A stretch of 64,000 nucleotides of DNA from an uncultured Clostridia bacterium (lineage in GTDB: Bacteria; Bacillota; Clostridia; Saccharofermentanales; Saccharofermentanaceae): NCBI GenBank assembly GCA_947304405.1, contig CAMZBB010000003.1, positions 836 through 64,835 on the forward strand, written 5' to 3'. The position numbers and the translations under genes are program-made. Numbering within the stretch: the first letter of the stretch is position 1; each line of letters opens with the position of its first letter. The notes under the pieces were generated by a model. The model did not search any database and was not told the DNA's origin. It saw only the letters and a list, made by a program, of their open reading frames with translations. This document shows positions 17,661-26,652 of the stretch, piece by piece.

Positions 17661-19203
17661 TTTTTTCTGTCAGCTGTTCGTAGGTAATGCCGTACTTTTC
17701 GGCTATGTCCCTGGCATAAGAACTTGAATCAGGTTCTGCTCTTTTTAGAAGGAACGTGTTTTTCTCATCCTTACGTTCCATAACAAGACTCGTGATCTTG
17801 CCTTGGCCATCCCAATTGTTCATCTCCGGAATGGATTTAGCAAGATCATGCATGTGCGTGTTGAAGATGATATAAGCGCCTTTCTCTTTGAGCACGCGGA
17901 TCAGATCCTTCGAAAGATATAGTCCGTCTGAGGACGATGTTGTTGAGAACGTCTCATTAAACAGCATCAGAGTATCCTGATCTGCATTTTTCACAAGACT
18001 CCTGATCCTAACAGCTTCCTCGCCAAGCCTTCCGTAATTTATTGTAAGGTTCTCATCGATGGGGAAGTGAGTAAGGATGTTGCCAAACGGAAGTCCCCTG
18101 CATGATCCTGCGGTTACGAACATACCGAGAGAAGACATTACCGAGATCAGTCCCAGAGCCTGTTCCATTATGGTCTTTCCGCCGCGGTTCGGACCCGTAA
18201 GAATGAAGATTCTCTCGTCAGGCGTAAATGTGAAGTCGTTTTTGACGATGTTATCCTCACCTTTAAAAGCAAGCCTTATGTTATAGAAACTCTTCATTTC
18301 AAATTTTGAGTCACGAACTGCCGTTATCTCGGGAAAAGATATCTCGTAACCGCTTTTTTTGAGTTTGCGAGCCAGGCCTGCACTTCTTATATAGAATGTC
18401 AGTCCTTCATACATTTCAACAAGGAAACTGCTGTCGTAATTGAAGTATTTTGTTAGTGTTCTTTTGACCTCAAAGAAGTGGGCTTTGAGGTGCTTTTCCA
18501 TCTTTGGCGCTATTGCCGCAAGAAGCGGATCTTCATATCTGACACGTCTGCCGGGCGTTGACAGCTTGGTAGCTGCAGCAATGTCCATTATCGTGTATTT
18601 GGATCTGAGACCGTGAGGCACAAATTCAATGGCTGAAACTTTTTCTATGTCAAAATCAGGAGTGAAATTGACGCCGATCACTGCTGCTCTTACGTCTGAC
18701 AGGTCATCGTGCATCAGGCGGATGTCATCTTTTGCACGGCTGAACTTTTCATCTTTTAATATGATTTCGAGACAGGTTCTGAGAGAAATCAGTCCTTCAG
18801 ATGAAATGCTGTATTTTTGCAGTTCGTTGTAAAGGTTTTCGACTGCATCAACGTAGACTGTAAGTTCTCTTAATGTCTGTAGAAGAGTGTAGAGCGATGT
18901 ATCTTTCTCGTATGTGGCTTTACGTATTCCGCCGAAGAGTTTTAACGTCTTTATCTGATCCAGTATAGGTTTCAGGGAAGAACAAAGTGCTTCGTTTTCG
19001 ACAAAATCTTTCAATATGTCCTGTCTGAAGATCATATCATTAGGATCTTCAGGTATCGCTGTGACGATCTTTTTTATGAAGGCGCGCTCATCGGAATCTG
19101 TGCCCAAATGATTTATGACCTCGCAAAGCGCGATATCTTTTACGGTTTCTTCTGGCAGCTTGATAGACTTTTTAGAAGAGTCTTTCGTAAACAGAACATC
19201 CAT
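17656..19203 (-). CDS. MutS domain V-type ATPase (MutS-related protein, no Smr or mismatch-binding domain recognised)
   Basis: Walker A GPNRGGKT, Walker B region LMLFNETFSTTS, and THMHDLA. ATG at 19203 follows GGGAGGA (the track's TTG at 19236 is less likely). Confidence 0.7.
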   Translation of the reverse strand: MDVLFTKDSSKKSIKLPEETVKDIALCEVINHLGTDSDERAFIKKIVTAIPEDPNDMIFRQDILKDFVENEALCSSLKPILDQIKTLKLFGGIRKATYEKDTSLYTLLQTLRELTVYVDAVENLYNELQKYSISSEGLISLRTCLEIILKDEKFSRAKDDIRLMHDDLSDVRAAVIGVNFTPDFDIEKVSAIEFVPHGLRSKYTIMDIAAATKLSTPGRRVRYEDPLLAAIAPKMEKHLKAHFFEVKRTLTKYFNYDSSFLVEMYEGLTFYIRSAGLARKLKKSGYEISFPEITAVRDSKFEMKSFYNIRLAFKGEDNIVKNDFTFTPDERIFILTGPNRGGKTIMEQALGLISVMSSLGMFVTAGSCRGLPFGNILTHFPIDENLTINYGRLGEEAVRIRSLVKNADQDTLMLFNETFSTTSSSDGLYLSKDLIRVLKEKGAYIIFNTHMHDLAKSIPEMNNWDGQGKITSLVMERKDEKNTFLLKRAEPDSSSYARDIAEKYGITYEQLTEKR

Positions 19204-19297
19204 GATGTATGTGATCCTCCCAACGACACTATACAAACAACAAATGATCGGTTATATAATAATCTTACGATTTATATAAAGATATTGCGGAGTTGTT

Positions 19298-20074
19298 ATG
19301 AAGGAAAAAACAGACCGGCTGATAGATCCCGCCGAGATCAGAAATCTCGTTCACAGAAATGCGGAGAGCAGTTTTGCGCACATGTCCTACAGTGATGAGC
19401 TGGAACGTTTTTTCCTTCTTGCTCAGGGCGATGACAGGGCGATTGATGAAACGATGCGGGTATTAGACGCCGATATTCAGGGAAAACTGTCGGAGGACCC
19501 GCTCCGCAATGTGAGATATCTATTCATCGTTAATACGGGACTTGCAACGAGATTTGCTATAGAAGCAGGCGCACCGCAGGAAATCGTATATTCAACGAGT
19601 GACATCTTTATCCGCAAAGCGGATGTGGCAAAGTCAGAAAAGGAGATAAAAGAACTCAACAGGAGCTTCTGGACCATATTGGTCAAGATGGTCAGGGATT
19701 CCAGAAAAGAAGACAGGTATTCAAAACCGGTTACGCAAAGCATAGACTACATCACGTCGCATTTTAACACCAAAGTGACTCTGGAAGATCTTTCAGAAAA
19801 GACCGGTCTTACGCCGAATTACCTGGCTTCGCTCTTTAAAAATGAGACGGGAAAAACAGTAATGGAATACTTAACAAGGTTCAGGATCGATTCGGCATGC
19901 GCGCTTTTATCGGGAACGGACTACTCCTGTCTGCAGATCGCTTTATCGCTCGGGTTCTGCACACAGAGTTATTTTACTAAAGTGTTCAGGGAGCAAACGG
20001 GAACAACACCGGATTCTTACCGCCGGCAGCATATGGATAAAGCATTTACCGAATTGGGAAACCGAATGGTATAA
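19298..20074 (+). CDS. AraC-family transcriptional regulator
   Basis: C-terminal double HTH (VTLEDLSEKTGLTPNYLASLFK...GFCTQSYFTKVFREQTGTTP). Confidence 0.8.
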   Translation: MKEKTDRLIDPAEIRNLVHRNAESSFAHMSYSDELERFFLLAQGDDRAIDETMRVLDADIQGKLSEDPLRNVRYLFIVNTGLATRFAIEAGAPQEIVYSTSDIFIRKADVAKSEKEIKELNRSFWTILVKMVRDSRKEDRYSKPVTQSIDYITSHFNTKVTLEDLSEKTGLTPNYLASLFKNETGKTVMEYLTRFRIDSACALLSGTDYSCLQIALSLGFCTQSYFTKVFREQTGTTPDSYRRQHMDKAFTELGNRMV

Positions 20075-20106
20075 TCCGATAGGAATAAAAAATAAGGGGT
20101 AGAATT

Positions 20107-20820
20107 ATGGAATTTGTAATAAGCCATTTAGTTAAGAGCTATGGCTCAAAACAAGTGCTCAAGGATTGTGATTTTGTCTTTGAGGAGGGCAGGATATACG
20201 GCCTTCTCGGACGCAACGGATCCGGAAAGACGACGTTCTTCAATTGCATCAACAGTGACATAGATTATAGTTCCGGTTCGTTTTACTTCCGTTCCGGAAC
20301 GGATGCGAAGGAACAGATCCCCGTACAGCCCGAAGATATCGGTTATGTGGTATCAACGCCCACCGTGCCTGAATTCATGACGGGCAGGGAGTTTATGAAG
20401 TTTTTCATCGAGGTCCACGAGGAGATCACTCCGGATAAGACCATTGATGAATATTTCGATTACATGATGATCCCCGAAGATGACAGGGACAGGCTCCTTA
20501 GGGATTATTCCCACGGAACGAAGAACAAGATGCAAATGCTCGTCAACATCATCGCCAAGCCTAAACTGATGCTTTTGGATGAGCCGTTAACGTCGCTTGA
20601 TGTCATCGTCGCAGAAGAGATGAAGAACGTGATCAGAAGCCAGAAAGCGGGAAGGATAACCATCTTTTCGACGCACCTTCTGGACGTTGCGGTCGATCTT
20701 TGTGACGAGATTGTCCTGCTCAACCACGGAAAGCTCGAGCCGATAGATAAAAGCAACCTTGGTGACGATGACTTTAAGGAAAAGATCATTGCCGCATTAA
20801 GAGACGAAGACGATGCTTAA
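20107..20820 (+). CDS. ABC transporter ATP-binding protein
   Basis: Walker A GRNGSGKTT, Walker B LMLLDEPLTSLD, H-loop FSTH. Confidence 0.85.
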   Translation: MEFVISHLVKSYGSKQVLKDCDFVFEEGRIYGLLGRNGSGKTTFFNCINSDIDYSSGSFYFRSGTDAKEQIPVQPEDIGYVVSTPTVPEFMTGREFMKFFIEVHEEITPDKTIDEYFDYMMIPEDDRDRLLRDYSHGTKNKMQMLVNIIAKPKLMLLDEPLTSLDVIVAEEMKNVIRSQKAGRITIFSTHLLDVAVDLCDEIVLLNHGKLEPIDKSNLGDDDFKEKIIAALRDEDDA

Positions 20821-22552
20821 AGAGTTCCGCAAGATATTAGTCAAGGTCCTTCATCTGAGGAGCGTCGTCGGATACAACAGCCTGGTCTTTGCTCTCAAGA
20901 AGACGCCGTTGATCGGAAAGATCATACCTGACAGGCTTTATAAGACGACTTTCCTGAAGGTCATCTACTGGGTGATTCATGTGATCAGGGAAGTGCTCGC
21001 GCTTTTCCTTACCAAGATGGCGGGGATCAGTCTTGTATATTTTTCGGCACTGACCGTTACCATGCTCTATAAATCCGCTGATATGCTGGGGACAATGTCA
21101 TCCCGGTATCTTTTCGGAACGTTCGCACTGCTTTTCTTCTTTGTATATGCATTTTTCGGTTTGGTGTTGAACGTAAAGATCTTCGAGAAGACTACCGAAA
21201 AGGATTATCTTGTCTTCATGATCCGCATGAACGCCAAAAAGCTTAACAATACGCTGTTTACTTACGATCTTGCCAGGATGTTCATCGGTTATCTCATGGT
21301 CGGTTTCGTTCCTGCAATATTCGGTGTACCTGTATGCTGCTGGCTCGGCATACCTGTACTCTCTGTGTTTATAAAACTCTTTGGTGCCGGATTCCTTGCT
21401 TTCAGATATAAATTGAAGAGCAGGCGTCATGAGCTTTTGAAAGGAACTGCAGCAGGAGATGCGCTTAAAGTCATTCTGATAATCGTTCCCATTCCGTTTT
21501 TGTTTGTCATGGTAACCTTCGGATATTATGTTCCTTTATCCGTTTTGCTGTTGATCTCCGCAGTTATGGTCTTAATCGGAACGTGGGGGCTTTTTGAACT
21601 CGTCAAGGCAGGACCCGATCTTCACAGAAGAGCCCTGCACGACGGTGTCATCATGGAAAAGGAATCAGTGCGCGTCGCAAAAGCAAATACACAGAACTTT
21701 AAGAAATTAAAAGCTAAAGGCAGCGTTAATGAAAAGAAGAAAGGTTTTGAATACCTGAATGCCTTATTTGTAAAAAGGCACTTCAAGATGCTTGCGGTAA
21801 AACCCATAGTCTGCGCGCTCATCATCCTGGGTTTAACATTGGCATATATTGTTCTCGTGATCATGGAGTACAATGAACAGTTCGGTTCCGAAAACTGTCT
21901 TAACATGGTCCTTCTGAATATCCGCAACCTTTTTTTATTCAAAGGATATGAAGATCCTCTTACGACTTATGTTCCGGATTCTGCGTCATTGTTTTTCAGA
22001 AATGCGGTTCAGTATCATCTGCCGGCACTCTTGATCCCTTTGGCATTTGCAGACAACTCGTTCAAGAGCACTCAGGCGATGTACATCAACTGTGACAACA
22101 GCCTCATGACTTTCAGCTTTTTCAAGCAGCGCAAGATGATCATGAAACTCTTTGACATAAGGTTCAGACAACTGGTCAGTTTCAACGTTCTTCCTGCAAT
22201 TGCTCTGGCTATCGGTTCAAATCTTATTTTGTTTGCAACGGGCGGCCAGGATTATCCGTTCCAGTATCTGATAACCTTTGTCATCTTGATATGCATGAGC
22301 ATCTGTTATTCGATGTATTGGCTCGTCATTTATTACCTGTTCCAGCCGTTTACCACAACGGTCAGAATAAAGAGCGGAGCGTATAACGCAGCCTATGTCA
22401 TTTTCAGCATTTTCCTGTCCATGGTAGTCTGGTTAAGAGCTCATTCGCTGGTCCTGGCGGCCGTTCTCGTGTTCTTGACCATTGTGTTTGTCTTCTTTAT
22501 GAGAATGCTCGTTTCAAAGAAGGCGCCGAAGTCATGGAAGGTAAAGGCGTAA
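20813..22552 (+). CDS. large polytopic membrane protein, putative permease partner of the preceding ABC ATPase
   Basis: 579 aa with many hydrophobic spans. The start overlaps the ATPase stop by 8 nt. No recognisable family motif. Confidence 0.55.
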   Translation: MLKEFRKILVKVLHLRSVVGYNSLVFALKKTPLIGKIIPDRLYKTTFLKVIYWVIHVIREVLALFLTKMAGISLVYFSALTVTMLYKSADMLGTMSSRYLFGTFALLFFFVYAFFGLVLNVKIFEKTTEKDYLVFMIRMNAKKLNNTLFTYDLARMFIGYLMVGFVPAIFGVPVCCWLGIPVLSVFIKLFGAGFLAFRYKLKSRRHELLKGTAAGDALKVILIIVPIPFLFVMVTFGYYVPLSVLLLISAVMVLIGTWGLFELVKAGPDLHRRALHDGVIMEKESVRVAKANTQNFKKLKAKGSVNEKKKGFEYLNALFVKRHFKMLAVKPIVCALIILGLTLAYIVLVIMEYNEQFGSENCLNMVLLNIRNLFLFKGYEDPLTTYVPDSASLFFRNAVQYHLPALLIPLAFADNSFKSTQAMYINCDNSLMTFSFFKQRKMIMKLFDIRFRQLVSFNVLPAIALAIGSNLILFATGGQDYPFQYLITFVILICMSICYSMYWLVIYYLFQPFTTTVRIKSGAYNAAYVIFSIFLSMVVWLRAHSLVLAAVLVFLTIVFVFFMRMLVSKKAPKSWKVKA

Positions 22553-22559
22553 GATTAAT

Positions 22560-22607
22560 CTTGACAGTGTAAAGTTTCCTGCTATACTCAATCTTGACAG
22601 CGTCAAG
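22560..22607 (+). promoter_or_regulatory. putative promoter with two operator-like palindromes (candidate TetR autoregulation site)
   Basis: TTGACA (22561-22566), 17 nt, TATACT (22584-22589). Imperfect palindrome CTTGACAGTGTAAAG at 22560-22574 and perfect CTTGAC-AGC-GTCAAG at 22593-22607, inside a 21-nt direct repeat AATCTTGACAG.GT.AAGTTT. Confidence 0.5.
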
Positions 22608-22621
22608 TTTGAGGAATGGCG

Positions 22622-23704
22622 ATGAAAGAGAATAAGAGGAAAATGGTTATAGTGATCATTATTTTGGCAGTTCCCTTGCTGATCTTGCTGACATGGGTGA
22701 TCATCAGCCCAGGCAAGATCAGAACTTATGCGGAACCGAACAGTTTGTCGGAAAAGTTTGTTATGGATATCAACGGTGCTCCCAACGGCTTTTTCATAAA
22801 CAGCAGAAATATCGACAATCCTGTCCTGCTAATGGTTTCAAGCGGCCCGGGTACTGATGATTACGTGTTTACCGACAAGTATAAGGACATGAATCTCGAA
22901 GATGACTATACGGTCGTCTACTGGGATTACCGTTGGATGTGCATCGCATATGACTCATCTGTACGGAAAGATGAGATCACGCTTAATAATCTTCTCGATG
23001 ATACGAAGGCCGTAACTGAATATCTTAAAGGTCGTTTTAACAAGGATAAGATCTACATAATGGGCTTTTCCGGAGGTACTCATATAGCATTAAGAGAAGC
23101 GTTAAGACATCCCGAAAACTATTACGCATATATTGGCATGGCACAATGCGTAACCGATTCTTCTGAAAATGACACGCTGATCTATAACTTCATGAAGGAC
23201 GTTTTTACTAAACGTTCTGACAAGAAGAATCTGTCTAAACTTGAATCAGCAGTTGAGCATACTGATGACGGTTTTGTCAGATGCAGGGACTGGTATGAAT
23301 ATGTTATGCTCCTTCACGCTGCCGGCGGCGGAACCATTAAGGATAAGACGGAATTTGCCGGAATTACCTGGCCGATCGTTACGGCAAGATGTTATACGGT
23401 AAAGGAGAAGATCAACTATGTCAGATCAATGAAGATGTACAGGACAACGCCGCTTTCCAAGGAGCTTGACGGATTCGATTACAGACAGAGCATAAAAGAA
23501 TTGAAGATACCCGTATATTTCATCAGCGGTGAATCTGATTACAACTGTCCATGGGAACTGGTAAAGAACTATAATGAAATAATCAAAGCACCGGAAAAAG
23601 GATTCTATCTGATAAAGAACAGCGCACACAGCCCGCTTTGGGAGAATCCTGAAGATACATGCAGGATAATGAGAGAGATAAAGGAGAAAACGTTAAATGG
23701 CTGA
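22622..23704 (+). CDS. alpha/beta hydrolase, membrane-anchored
   Basis: N-terminal TM segment and GFSGGT nucleophile elbow. ATG at 22622 lies 6 nt after GAGGA (the track start at 22616 is too close to the RBS). Confidence 0.7.
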   Translation: MKENKRKMVIVIIILAVPLLILLTWVIISPGKIRTYAEPNSLSEKFVMDINGAPNGFFINSRNIDNPVLLMVSSGPGTDDYVFTDKYKDMNLEDDYTVVYWDYRWMCIAYDSSVRKDEITLNNLLDDTKAVTEYLKGRFNKDKIYIMGFSGGTHIALREALRHPENYYAYIGMAQCVTDSSENDTLIYNFMKDVFTKRSDKKNLSKLESAVEHTDDGFVRCRDWYEYVMLLHAAGGGTIKDKTEFAGITWPIVTARCYTVKEKINYVRSMKMYRTTPLSKELDGFDYRQSIKELKIPVYFISGESDYNCPWELVKNYNEIIKAPEKGFYLIKNSAHSPLWENPEDTCRIMREIKEKTLNG

Positions 23705-24272
23705 CGGTTATCATCACGGCAATCTCAGACAGGCGCTCATCGATGCGGGGATCAGGTTCATAAACGAGAATGGTGAGGATGCCCTGTCTCTTCGCAAAGT
23801 TGCAGCTGAATGCGACGTGTCTCATGCGGCTCCATACGCGCACTTTAAGGATAAAGACGAGCTTCTTGATGCGATGAAAAAGAGCGTTACCGATAAGTTT
23901 ACCGTTGAGCTTGAAGACGCAGTTAAAGATATGGAAAGTGCAGATGAAGCCCTAATAGCAATGGGCAGAGCATACATCTCGTTTTTCAGCAGGAATCCCG
24001 ATTATCTTATGTTCCTTTTCGGAAAACAGAACATAGCTGCTCATCTGCAGATGAATAAGGAGAATAAAGATGATTATCCGCCTTTTCTCCTTTTGAGAAA
24101 GTACTATAAGAAACATCTTGAAGAAAACGGTATAAAGCTTTCCGCAAAAGAACAGGAGATCGAAATGATAAAGACCTGGGCGATCGTCCACGGAATGGCA
24201 TCGATCGCATGCATGAAAGGCGTTAAGACATCATTCGACTGGAATGATCCGGATGCCAGACTGATAACGTAA
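23697..24272 (+). CDS. TetR/AcrR-family transcriptional regulator
   Basis: N-terminal HTH LSLRKVAAECDVSHAAPYAHFKDK. The start overlaps the hydrolase stop. AAGGAGAA RBS. Confidence 0.85.
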   Translation: MADGYHHGNLRQALIDAGIRFINENGEDALSLRKVAAECDVSHAAPYAHFKDKDELLDAMKKSVTDKFTVELEDAVKDMESADEALIAMGRAYISFFSRNPDYLMFLFGKQNIAAHLQMNKENKDDYPPFLLLRKYYKKHLEENGIKLSAKEQEIEMIKTWAIVHGMASIACMKGVKTSFDWNDPDARLIT

Positions 24273-24293
24273 GGTTAAGAAAGGAGATTGTTT

Positions 24294-24464
24294 ATGGCTT
24301 ATGAGATAACAGGAAAATGCAACAAATGCGGCAGATGCGAATCTGCCTGCTCAATGGATGCGATCAGGCGCAGCTGGGGTTCATATAAGATCGATCCGGA
24401 CCTTTGTGATTCATGCGGTGCGTGTGCGTTTGTCTGTCCGTGCAAGGCGATCAGACCGGATTGA
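24294..24464 (+). CDS. 2x[4Fe-4S] ferredoxin (56 aa)
   Basis: Below the ORF-track size cutoff; hand translated as MAYEITGKCNKCGRCESACSMDAIRRSWGSYKIDPDLCDSCGACAFVCPCKAIRPD. It has two CxxCxxCxxxC motifs and AAGGAG 7 nt upstream. Confidence 0.85.
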   Translation: MAYEITGKCNKCGRCESACSMDAIRRSWGSYKIDPDLCDSCGACAFVCPCKAIRPD

Positions 24465-24534
24465 TTGCATTAGCTGAGGGATATTTGTATACTCTTTTTC
24501 GTGGAATGTATTAAACAATTTGGAGGGCTTCGTT

Positions 24535-24909
24535 ATGTTTTATGCGATATTCTATGGACTTATCGTCTTTACGGGTTTTTATCTTATCATCAAGTGCCTT
24601 ATCGCCCGTAAGAGAGGCGTTCATTTGGACGGGCGCCTTGTCGGTTTCCAGGATGAGAGAGGAACACAGTATCCGGTGTTCACTTTTACATATGAAGGCC
24701 AGGAAATGACTCTTCCCGGCGGAGTCCCCGCTGAACCCAAAAAGTTCAAGTATGAGGAAGGCGAGACCGTCAGGATCGTCTACGATCCGAAAAACCCTAA
24801 ATTTGTTGACATTGAAGGCTCCGCAACCGAATTTATTTACGGCCTTGCCGCAATCGTATTGGGTGGATTCCTTTTATGGTATCAGCTTAAAAAGATGGGC
24901 CTGTTCTAA
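24535..24909 (+). CDS. two-span membrane protein, DUF3592-like
   Basis: N- and C-terminal TM segments flank a beta-rich core ending in VRIVYDPKNP. ATG at 24535 follows TGGAGGG (the track's TTG at 24520 lies inside the RBS). Confidence 0.55.
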   Translation: MFYAIFYGLIVFTGFYLIIKCLIARKRGVHLDGRLVGFQDERGTQYPVFTFTYEGQEMTLPGGVPAEPKKFKYEEGETVRIVYDPKNPKFVDIEGSATEFIYGLAAIVLGGFLLWYQLKKMGLF

Positions 24910-24931
24910 AGCGTATCTTTGTAAAAACATT

Positions 24932-25227
24932 AGGGGCTGTCTCATTATATATTGAGACAGCCCCTATCGTTTTACACCCAATTTTGCAATGACCTATAAG
25001 AAATTGATTTTTCATTTCTTATAGGTACGATTTGCTTCAAAAGTGTGTTTTCAGACGCTTGTGTACCTATAAGAATTCAATTTTCGATTTCTTATAGGTA
25101 CTTTTTTATTTGGAAACGGCAAAAAAACCAAAAATGTACCTATAAGAAATTGATTTTTCATTTCTTATAGGTCAGGCATACTAAATAAGAACTGTCCCAA
25201 AAGCAAGATCATTCGCTTTTGAGACAG
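24932..25227. repeat. hairpin-array element C (terminator, 3 x 73-bp hairpin units, opposite-strand terminator)
   Basis: AGGGGCTGTCTCA...TGAGACAGCCCCT at 24932-24965. Units with arms ACCTATAAGAAAT/ATTTCTTATAGGT at 24992-25026, 25063-25101 and 25136-25172. CTGTCCCAAAAGC...GCTTTTGAGACAG at 25192-25227 serves pheA on the minus strand. Confidence 0.88.
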
Positions 25228-25262
25228 ATACTTTGTTTTATGCTCAATAGCAATCAGAAGTC

Positions 25263-26393
25263 TCAGATGTAAGTCCCCAGATATGTGAAATCAGAAGGCT
25301 CAGAGTCCAGCTGGCATAAAAGCTTCACAACCTCGTCGGAATAGACTGATGCTTCGAAATCCAAGTAGAACATGAATTCGAAGTCAGAACCTGCGATAGG
25401 GCGGGATTCGATCTTGGTGAGATTGAGTTCAAGTGAAGAGAATTTCGCGAGAGTGTCCGCAAGAGCGCCGGGGCGATGTCCGAGAGAGAGCATTATCGAT
25501 GTCTTGGAAGCACCGGGATAGATACGGAGATCTTTTGTTATGCAGATGAAACGCGTGTAATTGTGATCGGTATTCTGGATCTTTACCGGGATTGAATCAA
25601 GGCCATAGAGCTGACGGCAGTCGGCAGATGATATTGCAGCGATGTCATTTCTTTCGGAGTCAGCGACCATGCGGGCTGCCACTGCCGTGTTCTGCACGAT
25701 GTTGATCTTGATGTCGGAGTGCTCTTTGAGGAACTGGCTGCATTGTCCGATCGCCTGGTTATGTGAATAGATCTCCTTTATGTCTTTGAGATCGGTACCA
25801 GGTTTTACGAGCAGCTGGTGATTGATCTTAAGCTTATAGTCACGCGCAATGTAGAATTTGTGGTCTGCCATAAGGTCATAGACCTGTGTGACCGAACCAT
25901 AGGAACTGTTCTCGATGGGGAGCATTCCGAATTCGCAGAGGCCGCTCTCAACTGCCTGGAAGACACCGTCGAATGTCTTGAAATACATGATGTTTGCATT
26001 GGAGAACAGTTTGTCGGTCGCTATTTGTGAATATGCGCCCTCGATGCCCTGACAGGCGATCATGCCGGAAGAAGGGAAGAGCTTTGGAGTATCGGCTATG
26101 GCCTTTGCAATCTTGTCTGCCATTTCTGTATTTGTTCCGTAATCGGAGTTCTTATATGAATGGCTCATGTTGAAAAGTGCCTGGAACAGCATGCGCTCAT
26201 ATCCGCTGATATCCTTGTAATCTTTTTCAAGTCCGTTCATGAATCCGCGTTCATAGCGCCTGCATTTCAGTGCTATCTCCGAACTTGATATGCCCTCATC
26301 TGCACGGCGGCTTGCATCAAGGCGCTCTTCTACGAGTCTGGCGATCTCACGGTCGATCTCTTCGATCCTTAAACTTGATTCCTTCTGTGTCAT
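25263..26393 (-). CDS. pheA: bifunctional chorismate mutase / prephenate dehydratase
   Basis: N-terminal chorismate mutase helix (LRIEEIDREIARLVEERL), a PDT domain and a C-terminal ACT domain. ATG at 26393 lies 7 nt after AAAGGAG (the track's TTG at 26414 lies in the attenuator T-run). Confidence 0.88.
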   Translation of the reverse strand: MTQKESSLRIEEIDREIARLVEERLDASRRADEGISSSEIALKCRRYERGFMNGLEKDYKDISGYERMLFQALFNMSHSYKNSDYGTNTEMADKIAKAIADTPKLFPSSGMIACQGIEGAYSQIATDKLFSNANIMYFKTFDGVFQAVESGLCEFGMLPIENSSYGSVTQVYDLMADHKFYIARDYKLKINHQLLVKPGTDLKDIKEIYSHNQAIGQCSQFLKEHSDIKINIVQNTAVAARMVADSERNDIAAISSADCRQLYGLDSIPVKIQNTDHNYTRFICITKDLRIYPGASKTSIMLSLGHRPGALADTLAKFSSLELNLTKIESRPIAGSDFEFMFYLDFEASVYSDEVVKLLCQLDSEPSDFTYLGTYI

Positions 26394-26412
26394 TGCTGTT
26401 CTCCTTTGCTTC

Positions 26413-26444
26413 AAACAAAAACCCCGCAGTTTTTCACTGCGGGG
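26413..26444 (-). terminator. intrinsic terminator of the pheA leader (attenuator)
   Basis: Minus strand reads CCCCGCAG-TGAAAAA-CTGCGGGG followed by TTTTTGTTT, immediately upstream of the pheA RBS. Confidence 0.8.
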
Positions 26445-26487
26445 CTAAAGTCCTAATTTCTTTATCTTGATCTACAGGCAGTGAAAA

Positions 26488-26550
26488 CTATTCGCTCTTT
26501 TTGAGGGCAAAAAACGTAAAGTCAAAGCTTGTAAACCAAAAATTCATCAT
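26488..26550 (-). CDS. Phe-rich leader peptide (20 aa) of pheA
   Basis: Hand translation gives MMNFWFTSFDFTFFALKKSE, with 6 Phe in 20 residues. The stop codon overlaps AGTTTTCACTGC (26489-26478), which is complementary to the 5' arm and loop of the terminator. Confidence 0.65.
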   Translation of the reverse strand: MMNFWFTSFDFTFFALKKSE

Positions 26551-26556
26551 GGGCGG

Positions 26557-26585
26557 ATTATAAACCTGTTTTTGCAGTTTGTAAA
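26557..26585 (-). promoter_or_regulatory. putative promoter of the pheA leader transcript
   Basis: Minus strand reads TTTACA (26585-26580), 17 nt, TATAAT (26562-26557). The leader ATG lies 6 nt downstream of the -10, so the transcript may be leaderless. Confidence 0.5.
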
Positions 26586-26652
26586 TATTACTCTTTTGAG
26601 TCATTAACATGAATTGAGTTTAAATGGTTTATGTGCGCGGTATACTCTTTAC

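Noticed and set aside
26415-26556. T-box riboswitch upstream of pheA
   Set aside because: The leader is only about 135 nt long. I could not find the conserved T-box sequence or a specifier-loop architecture. A Phe-rich mini-ORF with an antiterminator overlapping its stop explains the terminator better.
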